Assembly: GCA_965237675.1 (NCBI GenBank)
Contig: OZ250150.1
Location: 3,616,001-3,680,000, forward strand
Origin: Candidatus Latescibacterota bacterium
GTDB lineage: Bacteria; Latescibacterota; UBA2968; GCA-2709665
Length of the DNA: 64,000 nucleotides
Direction of reading: 5' to 3'
This document shows, one piece after another, positions 19,698-29,773 of the stretch. The position numbers and the translations under genes were made by a program. Position 1 is the stretch's first letter, and each line of letters opens with the position of its first letter. A model generated the notes under the pieces. That model was given only the letters and a program-made list of their open reading frames with translations, was not told the origin of the DNA and searched no databases.

Positions 19698-21410
19698 ATG
19701 GGGAATGGACGTGTATGGCTCTATTGCCTCGTTATTCACCTTCTGGTAGGGGTATCGGTGGAAGCGTCCGCGATGGATCGCGTCCTCGCGCGTAACGTGC
19801 GGATTGAAGGGGCGGCCCGGATTTCCGAGGATCGCGTTCGGAGCTGGCTGGTAACGCGCGTCGGGCTGCCGGTTGACAGCCTGTTTCTTCAGAAGGACAT
19901 GGTGCGAATTCTGGATGGATATCGAGACGAGGGGTACTGGCAGGTATCCGTTGCGTTTCCGGAGGTGGACGTGCATCGCGGGCGTGTGCGTTTTCGAATC
20001 GAAGAGGGACGGCGGACGGTCATCGATAGGGTCGAAATCTCAGGAAACGAACATGCGGCAGCGGACTCCCTGATCAACGCGATGATCACCCGTCGGGGGG
20101 CGCCGCTGATAAGGAAATCCCTGGAGTCAGACCTGGAGACGCTCGTTCGTTTTTACGAAAACCGCGGGTATCCCCATTGTTCTCTGGCGCCGGAGGTGAC
20201 GGTGTCGCCCGGGAGCGACACGGTGGGGTTTCGGATAGAGGTCGATGAAGGCCCCTTTGTACGGGTGGATACGATTCGCTTCGTGGGCAATCGGATCACA
20301 CGTGTCGAGACACTGCTTCGGGAGATGCGTATGGCGCAGGGGGAGCCTTACGATCAGCGCCGGGTGGACAGGGCTCTGCTTGCGCTGAAGCGTCTGCCGT
20401 TTCTGCTGGGTGTGGATGACGCGACGTTGAATACCGAGTCTGACGGACGTGCGGCACTGGTGATTTCCGTCCACGAGGCGCCGCCGGGCCGGGCCCAAGG
20501 AGTTGTGGGCGTTGCGCCCGCATCAAGAGACCGTGCGCAAGGCCTGACCGGATCGTTTGCCATCGCTTTCAACAATTTGCTGGGAACCGGACGGCGCACG
20601 GACGCCTCGTGGACGCGTCGTGGGAACGCGGCGTCCGATCTGGATCTGCTCTATGTGGAACCCTGGATTTCGGGTCGGCCACTCGACCTGGAGGCGACGC
20701 TTCTGATGCGCCAACGGCCCGGGTTTGCCGAGAACCGCATGGGGCTTGGAATCAGTTTGTCCACGATCAGCGGCGCTGACGTTCGGTTGGGCGTTTCCCG
20801 GGGCGGCGTCCGGCCGAATTCAAGCGGGGCGAGCGGGTTTGTGAAGGGCGGTCTGTGGTCTCTGGACGGTTTGCTCGAATTCGACCGCCGGGATGATCGG
20901 TGGAATCCGATGTCGGGTTCACTGTATGGCATCGGGATCGTCTGGAGTCGCGTGTCACAGGACAGCCGCACCGGCCATCGGTTGCGCTTCGAGGCGGATC
21001 TGCATCGGTATTTGGCGTCAGGGCGGCGCACAGCGTTTGCCGCCTCTCTCCATGGCGCGGGAGTGGTGGAAAACGGCGTCGCCCTTCCGGATGGACCCTT
21101 GCGATTGGGGGGAGCGACGTCGATTCGAGGTTACCGCGAGGAGGCGTTTCTGGTGAATCGGGCAGTCTGGATGAATCTGGAGTGGCGGCTTATTCTGGCA
21201 GGTCGATCACGGGCGTTTCTGTTCGTCGATGCCGGCATTCTGGGGGATGCCGCCGTGGATGAAACGAATGGCTTGCACTTCCCCGTAGGGTTCGGGCTGG
21301 GGTTGCGAACCGTGTCCCGGCTGGGGACCATCGGACTGGATTACGGTTTGACAAGAACGGATAATCTGGGTAGGGGAAAAGTGCACGTGCATATGGTGAA
21401 TGCGTTTTAG
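19698..21410 (+). CDS. Omp85 (BamA/TamA) family outer-membrane protein with POTRA domains
   Basis: POTRA repeats (VRIEGA, VEISGN, IRFVGN), NLLGTG, LGGATSIRGY, FVDAG, C-terminal F. Start trimmed because the longer ORF begins in the MITE. Confidence 0.88.
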   Translation: MGNGRVWLYCLVIHLLVGVSVEASAMDRVLARNVRIEGAARISEDRVRSWLVTRVGLPVDSLFLQKDMVRILDGYRDEGYWQVSVAFPEVDVHRGRVRFRIEEGRRTVIDRVEISGNEHAAADSLINAMITRRGAPLIRKSLESDLETLVRFYENRGYPHCSLAPEVTVSPGSDTVGFRIEVDEGPFVRVDTIRFVGNRITRVETLLREMRMAQGEPYDQRRVDRALLALKRLPFLLGVDDATLNTESDGRAALVISVHEAPPGRAQGVVGVAPASRDRAQGLTGSFAIAFNNLLGTGRRTDASWTRRGNAASDLDLLYVEPWISGRPLDLEATLLMRQRPGFAENRMGLGISLSTISGADVRLGVSRGGVRPNSSGASGFVKGGLWSLDGLLEFDRRDDRWNPMSGSLYGIGIVWSRVSQDSRTGHRLRFEADLHRYLASGRRTAFAASLHGAGVVENGVALPDGPLRLGGATSIRGYREEAFLVNRAVWMNLEWRLILAGRSRAFLFVDAGILGDAAVDETNGLHFPVGFGLGLRTVSRLGTIGLDYGLTRTDNLGRGKVHVHMVNAF

Positions 21411-21439
21411 TGGCGTGTCCCGGGAATCGATCTGCCCGT

Positions 21440-22255
21440 TCAAAAAGGGAATAGTACGGGGATATTTTCGGGTGTGAGATCCGCGCCGTATTCGCATACC
21501 TGAAAGGCCTCCGCATACCGGATCTGCCGTCCACGTCTATCCCCGTATCGTCTCACGAGAAGGTCGCGGTGGCGGTCCGCAACGGCCTTGAACTGCTCCA
21601 GCCTGTGTTCCAGCCATTTTCTGCGTTCGCGGGATGATTCCGGTACTCCGTCGAGTATGCCGGCATTGTAGGGTAGCCACTCGTACATCTGGGAGGTGTG
21701 GCAATGCAGTATGTCGAGTTTCTTGTCGACGACGGCGTCGATGTCGATTGCCACTTCGGGCGTAAAGGGTGCGGGAGACCTGAAGTTATCGCTCATGTAG
21801 GCGATCACGGGGTTGTAAGATAGCGCAGGTACGTCCGTACAGACGTTGGGGACCGTGACCATGTAGGCGGCGTCCTGCACGAGAATGGCCGTGTACCGAT
21901 GGTCCGGATGGTAGTCGTTGGGCCGATGGGTGAGGATGAGGTCCGGCGTGTAGGAGCGGATCATACGGATGACGTTCTTGCGGTTTTCCAACGTGGGCTC
22001 CAGCTCTCCGTCGTGGTTGTCCATCACGTGATATTCGATGCCGGCCACGGCGCCTGCGGCTTCGGCTTCCGCACGGCGCCTGCGCGCGAGAGCGATGCCC
22101 CCTATCTCATGATGGCCGGCGTCTCCGTTTGTCACGGAAACGAAACGCACCTCGTGGCCGAGAGCCGCGTAGTTGATTGCAAGTCCGCCGGCTTTGATAT
22201 CGCAGTCGTCGGGATGCGCCCCGAAGACGATGATTCTGAGGGGTCGTTTCGGCAC
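21440..22255 (-). CDS. PIG-L/LmbE family N-deacetylase
   Basis: FGAHPDD, TNGDAG, RRAEAEAA, DYHPDH, H.SQ; GTG start at 22255. Confidence 0.92.
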   Translation of the reverse strand: MPKRPLRIIVFGAHPDDCDIKAGGLAINYAALGHEVRFVSVTNGDAGHHEIGGIALARRRRAEAEAAGAVAGIEYHVMDNHDGELEPTLENRKNVIRMIRSYTPDLILTHRPNDYHPDHRYTAILVQDAAYMVTVPNVCTDVPALSYNPVIAYMSDNFRSPAPFTPEVAIDIDAVVDKKLDILHCHTSQMYEWLPYNAGILDGVPESSRERRKWLEHRLEQFKAVADRHRDLLVRRYGDRRGRQIRYAEAFQVCEYGADLTPENIPVLFPF

Positions 22256-22262
22256 GGTGTGC

Positions 22263-23975
22263 TCAGTTCGAGTTCGGGTGGTAAACGGCCTGGATCGAAA
22301 TGTCCGTCCGGTCCCCGGGAATGGACACGAGGCTGACGTTTTCACGGTATCGGACATCCACATCCGGACGCGCCGCGTTGCCATCCACGAGGATCTCATT
22401 GATTGGCGCGCCGGCGAATTGTTGTGGAATCAGGATGCGGAGATCGGGGTGAGGCGAATGGCCTTGAAGGTTGAAGCTCAGAACTGAACCGTTCCAGTCC
22501 AGGTCGGTGAAAAACCACGTATCGCGTGCACTCCAGAAGGCCGCCCACTGGTCGAAGGACCAGATTGGCAGGCCTTTTTCGTTTGCCTGACGGAGCAGTT
22601 CCCTGCCCTGTGCTTCCGAAAATTTCACCCAGTTTCCCGGGTGGATACAGACGCCGTAGGGTGTGTGGAACCGGGTCGTAATATCGGTGAAGATGCGCTC
22701 CAGCATAACCGAGAATACAGGTGGTGACAGCTTGTAGGAGTAATCCTGCGGGCCGAACATGCCGTCGTCGATGGCGTGGGTGTGCTGCTGGTAGACGTTG
22801 ACGAGGCGACCGTCCGGGTGGCAGAAGCGCATGGGAAGTGCCGCGCCGAAGGACGCGTAGGGCGCGCCCTCCCTGTCTCTCATATAGGTTCCCGAAAAGT
22901 AGTTGCCGTCCATCAGCACACCGAGTTTTTCCATGATGTCCACGAGATCCAGGTAGCCGGCCCACGCGGTGCAGTGATTGCGCAAGGTACGTGCGGGAAT
23001 TCGGAACATCTCTTCGAAAAGGCGGATCTGACGCTCAAATTCCGCGACGCGTTCCTGTACCGGACGGCCATCCAGCGGGCGAAGGTTCGGGTGCGGTCCG
23101 ATATCGTGGGTTTTGGCATATCTCGCAACGTCCTCGGCCGTGGATTTGGTGTGGGTGGGGATGATGTACAGGCTCATGCGTCCACCTGCACCGGCGACGC
23201 CGTCGAACTCATCCTCGTTCGACGCCACGTCGGCATAATCCTCGTCTCCGGAGTAGAGCAGGATGCCCCGGGCGGTGTGGGGCAGGTGGGACAGAAAGGG
23301 CGTCGGCGCAGGCAGGTAACGGCGGGCCAGGTCCACCAACAGCCGGGAGAGCAGGTCGGCGTGAGGGATCCAGCCGGCGTCGTGTGGGCCCACGCGGGCG
23401 GCCATGTGCGATGGCCGGGCGCAACCGTCTCCGTCGGGGATGCATTCGGCAAGGTCGGGGTCGCCCTGGCGAAGCACCAGGACGCAGCGGGGCAGGTCAA
23501 AGGCGAAGGCAACGATTCTCCCACCGCCGAGGCGGGTTTCCGAAATGCCCACGGTTTCGCCTTCATAGCGCCCCGGGTGGGACAGAAAGGCCAGCGGTTT
23601 CGCGGTTTCCGCGTGTTCCCACGCCTGGACGTCACCCAACACGGGAACGCGTTCGCCTGCCAGGCCGCCGGTGGGATACGCGGTGTTGCGCAGACGTAGC
23701 GGCGGTTTTTTCGCGCCCAGGACCGTCAATCCGGCCGCGCCGGCAAGCGTCTTTTCTGGAAGGAAGCAGAGGACGGTGCCACCCCGGCGGGCGTAGTCCA
23801 CGAGCGGGGCTTCGTCCTGATGTGCCGGACAGACGAGCACCGGGATATCGGCCGGTTCCAGGGTGGGAACCCGGTCGTGGGAAATGGCCCGAAAGAGCGG
23901 CAAACCCCAGGTCTTGAAAATCTCGGCAATGTACGCCGAAAGGTTGGACGGGTCTGTCAGAATACCAATCTGCAT
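22263..23975 (-). CDS. Hypothetical protein with probable polysaccharide-deacetylase-like barrel
   Basis: LLYSGDED, HDIGPHP, RNHC and CIHP match the layout of deacetylase-fold motifs. ATG at 23975; the longer ORF-track start reads through the MITE. Confidence 0.7.
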   Translation of the reverse strand: MQIGILTDPSNLSAYIAEIFKTWGLPLFRAISHDRVPTLEPADIPVLVCPAHQDEAPLVDYARRGGTVLCFLPEKTLAGAAGLTVLGAKKPPLRLRNTAYPTGGLAGERVPVLGDVQAWEHAETAKPLAFLSHPGRYEGETVGISETRLGGGRIVAFAFDLPRCVLVLRQGDPDLAECIPDGDGCARPSHMAARVGPHDAGWIPHADLLSRLLVDLARRYLPAPTPFLSHLPHTARGILLYSGDEDYADVASNEDEFDGVAGAGGRMSLYIIPTHTKSTAEDVARYAKTHDIGPHPNLRPLDGRPVQERVAEFERQIRLFEEMFRIPARTLRNHCTAWAGYLDLVDIMEKLGVLMDGNYFSGTYMRDREGAPYASFGAALPMRFCHPDGRLVNVYQQHTHAIDDGMFGPQDYSYKLSPPVFSVMLERIFTDITTRFHTPYGVCIHPGNWVKFSEAQGRELLRQANEKGLPIWSFDQWAAFWSARDTWFFTDLDWNGSVLSFNLQGHSPHPDLRILIPQQFAGAPINEILVDGNAARPDVDVRYRENVSLVSIPGDRTDISIQAVYHPNSN

Positions 23976-23990
23976 TATCCGGTCCCTTCT

Positions 23991-24150
23991 CAGTCCATTG
24001 AAAAAGTTGCTCTGCAGGCGAGGCCGAGCCATTGTGACCGAAGACGAGGCGCGCGACCTAGTCGAATCGGGGGATTCGGGGAGGGAGCGCAACGCAGTAA
24101 TTCGGCCACAAGAGCCGGCCGCAGCCCGGATGGACTTTTTCGACGGGCTG
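23991..24150. mobile_element. MITE-like element, family A, copy 2
   Basis: CAGTCCATTGAAAAAG ... CTTTTTCGACGGGCTG; long stretches identical to 15958-16116. Confidence 0.85.
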
Positions 24151-25311
24151 TTAGGGCATAACGCCATTGGGCCTGGCGTCCGTGGGGCGGAAGTCGGGCA
24201 CCTTCATGGCTTGGGTCCCCCGGTCGATGGAATCCGCCGCGAGGATGGCCGGCGCGGCGGTCTCGATGGCACGGTAGACGTCGAATTCCATCGCCTTCCC
24301 CTCGCGGACGGCGTCACGGAACGTGGCGTGCACGTAATAGTCGGCATCGCCGTGGCCGCTTGACACCGCTTCGGGCGGCGCGTCGGTACACTCAAAGCGC
24401 CAGTCGACCTCGGCCATGTCGTGCATATGGTCGTCGGCCAGCCACATGAGCGGACGCCCTCTTTGTGAACGTTTCCACTCAACACTGCCCCTTGTACCGA
24501 GCACCTGGTACCAGTGGTGGCCCCTGCGGCTGGGGATTTTCTGTGTGAATCCCGTGGCCATCCTCAAAATCGCATCCTTTTCGGTTTTCATCAGGGCCAC
24601 CTGGATGTCGGGCTGGCCGATTTCGGGATGGGAATAACTGGGCTTGCCGGTGCTCATGGCCGTCACCTCCACCACCCGGTCGTTCAGTACCCTGAGCATG
24701 GGACTGAGTTCGTGAGGAAGGTAGTGGATGGGCGGCATTTCGTGAATCCAGGTCGGTCTGGCCCCGGGGTGCTCGCCCAGTTGCTCGACCGTACAGAATT
24801 CACCATTGTTCGGATCCTGAAAGAACTGCCGCGTGCCGTAGTAGCCGATATACTGGCCTTCGCAGAAGGTGACCCTGCCCAGCCGGCCCCGCGCCACAAG
24901 GTCGCGCCAGGTTTCCACGAAACCCCAATACCTCGTTTGCTCGGCCAGTTGGTAGACCAGGCCGGTGCGTTCTACCTGAGTAACGATCCGCCAGCAGTCT
25001 TCCAGAGTGTGGGCGGCGGGCACCTCGGAGTTCACGTGTTTACCGGCTTCAAGGGCCCTGGCGGCCAGCGCGCCCTGTTCTTTGCAACGGACGCACAGGG
25101 CAATGGCGTCCACATTTCCGTCCGCCAGGATGTCATCGTACGCCGTATAGGCAATGGTCGGATTGTCAAGCGCGGCGAGCGCCCGGTCGTGCAGCGCGGC
25201 GATGGGGTCGCACAAGGCGGTGATGCGGTAACCGCTGAGACGTTGTAAGAGGCGCAGCCAGTGCAAGCCCCGGTGTCCGAGGCCGACGAGGCCGATGCGT
25301 ATGTCATCCAT
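24151..25311 (-). CDS. Gfo/Idh/MocA family oxidoreductase
   Basis: IRIGLVGLGHRG, GKHVNSEVP, GHGDAD; GGAGG-like RBS region. Confidence 0.88.
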   Translation of the reverse strand: MDDIRIGLVGLGHRGLHWLRLLQRLSGYRITALCDPIAALHDRALAALDNPTIAYTAYDDILADGNVDAIALCVRCKEQGALAARALEAGKHVNSEVPAAHTLEDCWRIVTQVERTGLVYQLAEQTRYWGFVETWRDLVARGRLGRVTFCEGQYIGYYGTRQFFQDPNNGEFCTVEQLGEHPGARPTWIHEMPPIHYLPHELSPMLRVLNDRVVEVTAMSTGKPSYSHPEIGQPDIQVALMKTEKDAILRMATGFTQKIPSRRGHHWYQVLGTRGSVEWKRSQRGRPLMWLADDHMHDMAEVDWRFECTDAPPEAVSSGHGDADYYVHATFRDAVREGKAMEFDVYRAIETAAPAILAADSIDRGTQAMKVPDFRPTDARPNGVMP

Positions 25312-25481
25312 GGAGGACCTCTTGAACTTGACAGGCGGACCGCAGATTCCAGGCCCGCATTCAAACTCGGGGGCGGGAACCCCTCCGAATATACGGATCT
25401 ACATGCGACGCGCAAGTGTCCCATCGTCCGGCACGCCACGGCGCCGGCGCCCATTCACGGGCGGACCTGCGCAGGACGAAC

Positions 25482-26753
25482 CTATTTGACGCGTTTTGCG
25501 GGCCGTGGATCTGTGGCTCGATGGAAGTAATAGAGGCCGATACCGCAGGCTACCGCGCCCAGGGCGAAGACGGTGCCGATAGCGAAGGGTAACGCGGGGC
25601 CCCAGTCGATGAGTTTGCCGCCGCCCAGGCTGCCGGAGAGCATGCCGGCACTCCATGCGACGTGCGCGCTGCCGACCACGCGCCCCTTTTCACCCTCGCC
25701 GGCGGTTAACTGGAGGATGCCGGGCATGGTGGTGGAGAGAGACCACGCGAAAACGGAAGCCATAATGCCAAACGTGTACAGGCCGGCAAGTGTGTGGGCG
25801 GACAGCGTCAGACCGACCGCGCTGACGGCAACGAACGAAGATGAGATAAAAACGGGTTTCCATCGGCCGATACGATCAACCAGCCGCCCCGTCAGTAACT
25901 GCGAGCCGCACGCGGCAACCAGGCTGATGGCGCTGTACGTGGTCACGGACGTGTTGGTTCCGGAGATGCGATAGATGAGCAACGGGATGAGAAGGCTCAC
26001 GGCGCCCCAATAACTCGTGGGCAGATATCGAATGCCCAGCAGCAGGCGCACCTCCCTGCGCCGGCAAAGGTCGATATAACCGGCAAGAGATCGGGTGGCC
26101 GATCTACCGGCCTCCGGGGGGCGCGGAAGGCTGGGCAACAGAACGAGGGTAAGGACGATAATCCCCACGGCGGTAACGCAGGCGAGATGTCCCAGCCGCT
26201 CGTATCCCATCGTGTCCGCGACGGGTCCGGCCAGAAGGTTTCCCGCGGCGCTGCCGAGCGTACTGCTGAGGAAATAACCGGCTGAGGCCGTGCCCATAAC
26301 CCGCGCGGAAGCGGCGCCAAGCAGATAGCTCTGCCCGCCCGTACTGCTGAATCCGAACGTCATGCCCAGACCGATACTGAGTGCCGACAGCAGATAGGGG
26401 TCGCCGGTGAGAAAGATGGCGCCCACCAGCAGCGGCCCGAATTGACCGAGAATAAGCACTCGCTTGATGCCGAAGGTGTCGCAAAGCATGCCGGCGGGCA
26501 CGGAGCAGAGCCCTCCCAACAGAAAGAAGAGGCCGCGCAGGCCGGCGGAAAAGAGGGGGGACCGGGAAAGACCCGCTTCAACGTAGACGGGAAGGAGAGA
26601 GGAATAGAGGGGTGCGGAAACAAAACTGGCAAGGAAAGATACGACAAGAAGGGAAACGAAGCGGCGGTTCAGTAGTTCGCAATCGTCTGCGGCGGGTGTG
26701 TCGGACATTATCGAACCGGGTTGGGGCGATTCGCGTTCGAAAACGCTGGACAT
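25482..26753 (-). CDS. MFS transporter
   Basis: About 12 TM helices; GMLCDTFGIK and GRLVDRIGR motifs. The true start may be 26708. Confidence 0.9.
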   Translation of the reverse strand: MSSVFERESPQPGSIMSDTPAADDCELLNRRFVSLLVVSFLASFVSAPLYSSLLPVYVEAGLSRSPLFSAGLRGLFFLLGGLCSVPAGMLCDTFGIKRVLILGQFGPLLVGAIFLTGDPYLLSALSIGLGMTFGFSSTGGQSYLLGAASARVMGTASAGYFLSSTLGSAAGNLLAGPVADTMGYERLGHLACVTAVGIIVLTLVLLPSLPRPPEAGRSATRSLAGYIDLCRRREVRLLLGIRYLPTSYWGAVSLLIPLLIYRISGTNTSVTTYSAISLVAACGSQLLTGRLVDRIGRWKPVFISSSFVAVSAVGLTLSAHTLAGLYTFGIMASVFAWSLSTTMPGILQLTAGEGEKGRVVGSAHVAWSAGMLSGSLGGGKLIDWGPALPFAIGTVFALGAVACGIGLYYFHRATDPRPAKRVK

Positions 26754-26957
26754 CGGGATACCGCGAAAACATATTTAGGAAGCGTTTTCGGGGCGACGGC
26801 ATATAATGGACGAAAGACGCCGTGATGTCAACAGAAAAGAGCATTCAGGGTTAAGCCGACCTCCGGCGGCAATGATTTCGCCGTCGCGGCCCTTGTTGTC
26901 CCGATTCGCGGGCCGGTATTCGGTATACCCGGGACAGGCGATGTGCAGGAGTCTGGT

Positions 26958-27488
26958 ATGGCTGATTCAGAGATGAGGGTGGTTCCGGGCTGGCGGGGAA
27001 GGTGCTTTGAGGATTTCGACGTGGGCGACGTTTACCGGAGTCGGTTCGGGCGGACGGTAACGCAGTCGGACAACCAGCTTTTTACGCATCTGACGATGAA
27101 TACAAACCCACTGCATTTTGACGAAGAGTACGCCCGGCGGACGCGCTGGGGAAAGATTCTTGTGAACAGTACCTTTACGCTGGCGCTGATTGTCGGAATG
27201 AGTGTGCAGGACGTAAGCGAGCAGGCGATGGCGAACCTGGGCTGGAGCGAAATCCGGCTTCCCAACCCTGTGTTTGTGGGCGATACGCTATATTGCGAGA
27301 CGGAGGTACTCGGAAAGCGAGCGTCGAAGTCCATTTCGGAAGTGGGCATTGTGAAGGTGCGGTCGAGGGGAGTGAATCAGGACGGCCGCGTCGTCATCAA
27401 TTTGGTTCGCAGCGTGATGATTTATAAGAGGGCGCACGCGCCTTCGGAAGATGCCTTTCCGAAGATTCATGAGGAGACAGACGGGTGA
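26958..27488 (+). CDS. MaoC-family (R)-specific acyl-CoA dehydratase
   Basis: FEDFDVGD, RTVTQSDN, NPLHFD, PVFVGDTL; AGGAG RBS. Confidence 0.9.
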   Translation: MADSEMRVVPGWRGRCFEDFDVGDVYRSRFGRTVTQSDNQLFTHLTMNTNPLHFDEEYARRTRWGKILVNSTFTLALIVGMSVQDVSEQAMANLGWSEIRLPNPVFVGDTLYCETEVLGKRASKSISEVGIVKVRSRGVNQDGRVVINLVRSVMIYKRAHAPSEDAFPKIHEETDG

Positions 27489-28345
27489 AAGCGATGCGTT
27501 CCTGGCTCTTCGTACCGGGCCACCGCCAGCCGATGATCGATAAGGCCTTGGGCCTGCCGGCGGATGTCCTGATATTCGATCTGGAGGACGGCGTCCCGGA
27601 GGCCGGGAAGGACGTTTCGCGTCGGCAGGTGGCTGCCGCGTTGGGCCGCGCGCCTGGCCGCGCCCTGCGATTCGTGAGAGTTCATAGCGCCGGATCTTCC
27701 GGATTGGACGCCGATATGGGGGTCATTACGCGGGCAGGGTTACACGGACTCGTGTTGCCCAAAGTGCAATGTCCGGAGGATGTGCTCCAGATGCAACGGT
27801 GGCTGGATCGGCACGAGACGAAAGTTGGGATTCCCTCCGGCGGCGTCAAGCTTCTGGCAACCATTGAGAGCGCTCGGGGACTGGTTCACGCGCCTGCAAT
27901 CGCTTCTGCCACATCCCGGCTGGTGGGGCTCCTGTTTGGCGCGGAGGATTTCGCGCTGGATCTGGGCCTCTTTTCACACGCCGGAAAGGGATTGCTCAAC
28001 TACGCGCGGTCGGCGCTGGCGGTGGCTGCGGCAAGCGGACAGATCCGGGCCATAGACAGGGTTTTTACCGAAATTCGGGATCCCGACGGACTCGCCGTCG
28101 ACGCGCGCCATGCCCGGGAACTGGGGCTATCCGGAAAAGCCGTGATACATCCGGATCAGATCGACGCGGTGAATGGGATTTTCAGCCCCTCGGATGTCGA
28201 AGTGACGCGAGCCCGCCGGATTGTAAATGCTTGCGGACAGCGGACAGACGGCGGTGCGACGACCGTGGACGGCCGGATGGTGGACCGTCCAGTTGTGGAA
28301 CGGGCCCGATGGATTCTGGAACGCCTCAAAGAAGAGCGTGCGTGA
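27485..28345 (+). CDS. CitE/HpcH family acyl-CoA lyase
   Basis: RSWLFVPG, DLEDGV, LPKV, IESARG, FGAEDF, GKAVIHPDQI, DGRMVD. Confidence 0.92.
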   Translation: MKAMRSWLFVPGHRQPMIDKALGLPADVLIFDLEDGVPEAGKDVSRRQVAAALGRAPGRALRFVRVHSAGSSGLDADMGVITRAGLHGLVLPKVQCPEDVLQMQRWLDRHETKVGIPSGGVKLLATIESARGLVHAPAIASATSRLVGLLFGAEDFALDLGLFSHAGKGLLNYARSALAVAAASGQIRAIDRVFTEIRDPDGLAVDARHARELGLSGKAVIHPDQIDAVNGIFSPSDVEVTRARRIVNACGQRTDGGATTVDGRMVDRPVVERARWILERLKEERA

Positions 28346-28493
28346 GGCGTAACGGCCGGTAGACCGGTCGCGGAGAGTCTGCCTTTCGTGCATTCTCCCG
28401 AACGAGGATGAAACGGAGCGAGCCAGGGCGGAGTCACGAGACGCCCGAGGTGGGTCGCCAGCGGCAGTTCGGTTCGAGGAACGAGAGGGTCTC

Positions 28494-29699
28494 TTGCACG
28501 ATCAACACCGACACCCGCCCCTGAGTGGAATCCGGATTGTCTCCGTGGAGCAGTTCGGGGCGGGACCGTGGGCAACGATGATGCTGGCGGACCTCGGGGC
28601 GGAAATCATCAAAGTCGAGAACCCGGAGACCGGTGGCGACGTCGCACGTTACGTGCCGCCATATACCGCTGAACAGGATAGCGTGTATTTCCAGAGTTTC
28701 AACCGAAACAAGATGAGCATGACTCTGAATTTGCAGCATCCGGGAGCCAGGGAGGTGTTGCATCGGCTGGTGAGGATTTCGGATGGGGTGTTCAACAACC
28801 TGCGCGGGGATCTGCCCGGCCGGTTGGGGCTCGACTATCCGGCTCTGAGGGAGGTCAGGTCTTCGATTGTATGCTGCTCCCTTTCCGCCTTCGGACGCAA
28901 TGGGTCTCGAGCAGGCGAGCCAGGTTACGATTATCTGATGCAGGGATATGCCGGATGGATGAGCCTTACGGGCGATCCGGACGGCCCGCCGACAAAAACC
29001 GGACTGTCGCTCGTGGACCTGGGCGCGGGCGCCATGGCGTCTCTGGGCATGGTCAGCGCGATTTTCAGCGCCAGACAGACGGGCCTGGGGTGCGACGTGG
29101 ACGTGAGTCTGTTCGATACTGCGCTGGCGCAACTCGGATATGTGGCGGCGTGGCATCTGACGAAGGGTTATCAGCCGCAGAGGATGCCGGACTCTTCTCA
29201 TCCGTCGCAGATTCCATCCCAGGTGGTGCCGACCAAGGACGGATGGCTCGTGGTAATGTGCGCAAAGGAGAAGTTTTTTCGAAATCTGATACGTATCCTG
29301 GGTGTGCCGGAACTGGCGCAAGACGCGCGATTCCGGTGTTTTTCGGATCGTCTGGAGAATCGGGATGTGCTGATTCCGATCCTTAAGGATCTGTTCAGGA
29401 AGAAAACAACTCTCGATTGGCTGGGGCTGCTCAAGGGCGAGGTGCCTTGCGCCCCGGTGAATACGGTGTCGGAGGCCTTTGCCGACCCTCACGTGGTCGA
29501 AAACGATATGGTACTGGAGTTACCGCATCCGGAGTTCGGTACCGCCCGGGTGGTGGCGAGTCCCATCAAGGTCGGCGGCGCATCGATTGAACACCGGCGA
29601 GGTCCCGCGCTGGGAGAACACAACGAGCCGATTCTGGGGGACTATCTCGGATTTTCAACCGCGGAGATTGAGAAACTCCGCATTGATGGCGCCATTTGA
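28494..29699 (+). CDS. Class III (CaiB/BaiF) CoA transferase
   Basis: PLSGIRIV, AGP, LADLGAEIIKVE, NRNKMS, GYDYLMQ, PALGEH. Confidence 0.93.
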   Translation: MHDQHRHPPLSGIRIVSVEQFGAGPWATMMLADLGAEIIKVENPETGGDVARYVPPYTAEQDSVYFQSFNRNKMSMTLNLQHPGAREVLHRLVRISDGVFNNLRGDLPGRLGLDYPALREVRSSIVCCSLSAFGRNGSRAGEPGYDYLMQGYAGWMSLTGDPDGPPTKTGLSLVDLGAGAMASLGMVSAIFSARQTGLGCDVDVSLFDTALAQLGYVAAWHLTKGYQPQRMPDSSHPSQIPSQVVPTKDGWLVVMCAKEKFFRNLIRILGVPELAQDARFRCFSDRLENRDVLIPILKDLFRKKTTLDWLGLLKGEVPCAPVNTVSEAFADPHVVENDMVLELPHPEFGTARVVASPIKVGGASIEHRRGPALGEHNEPILGDYLGFSTAEIEKLRIDGAI

Positions 29700-29773
29700 A
29701 TGACCGGGTCAACGTTGACCACCTGCGCGGACTCGTGGGGTGACGGATCCGCCGCCACAGCAAAGGAGGCCTA

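Noticed and set aside
23976-24167. N-terminal extensions given by the ORF track (also at 1597, 9015, 19494, 35189, 40227, 53553)
   Set aside because: They run through MITEs or intergenic DNA. Downstream starts fit RBS and family N-termini better.
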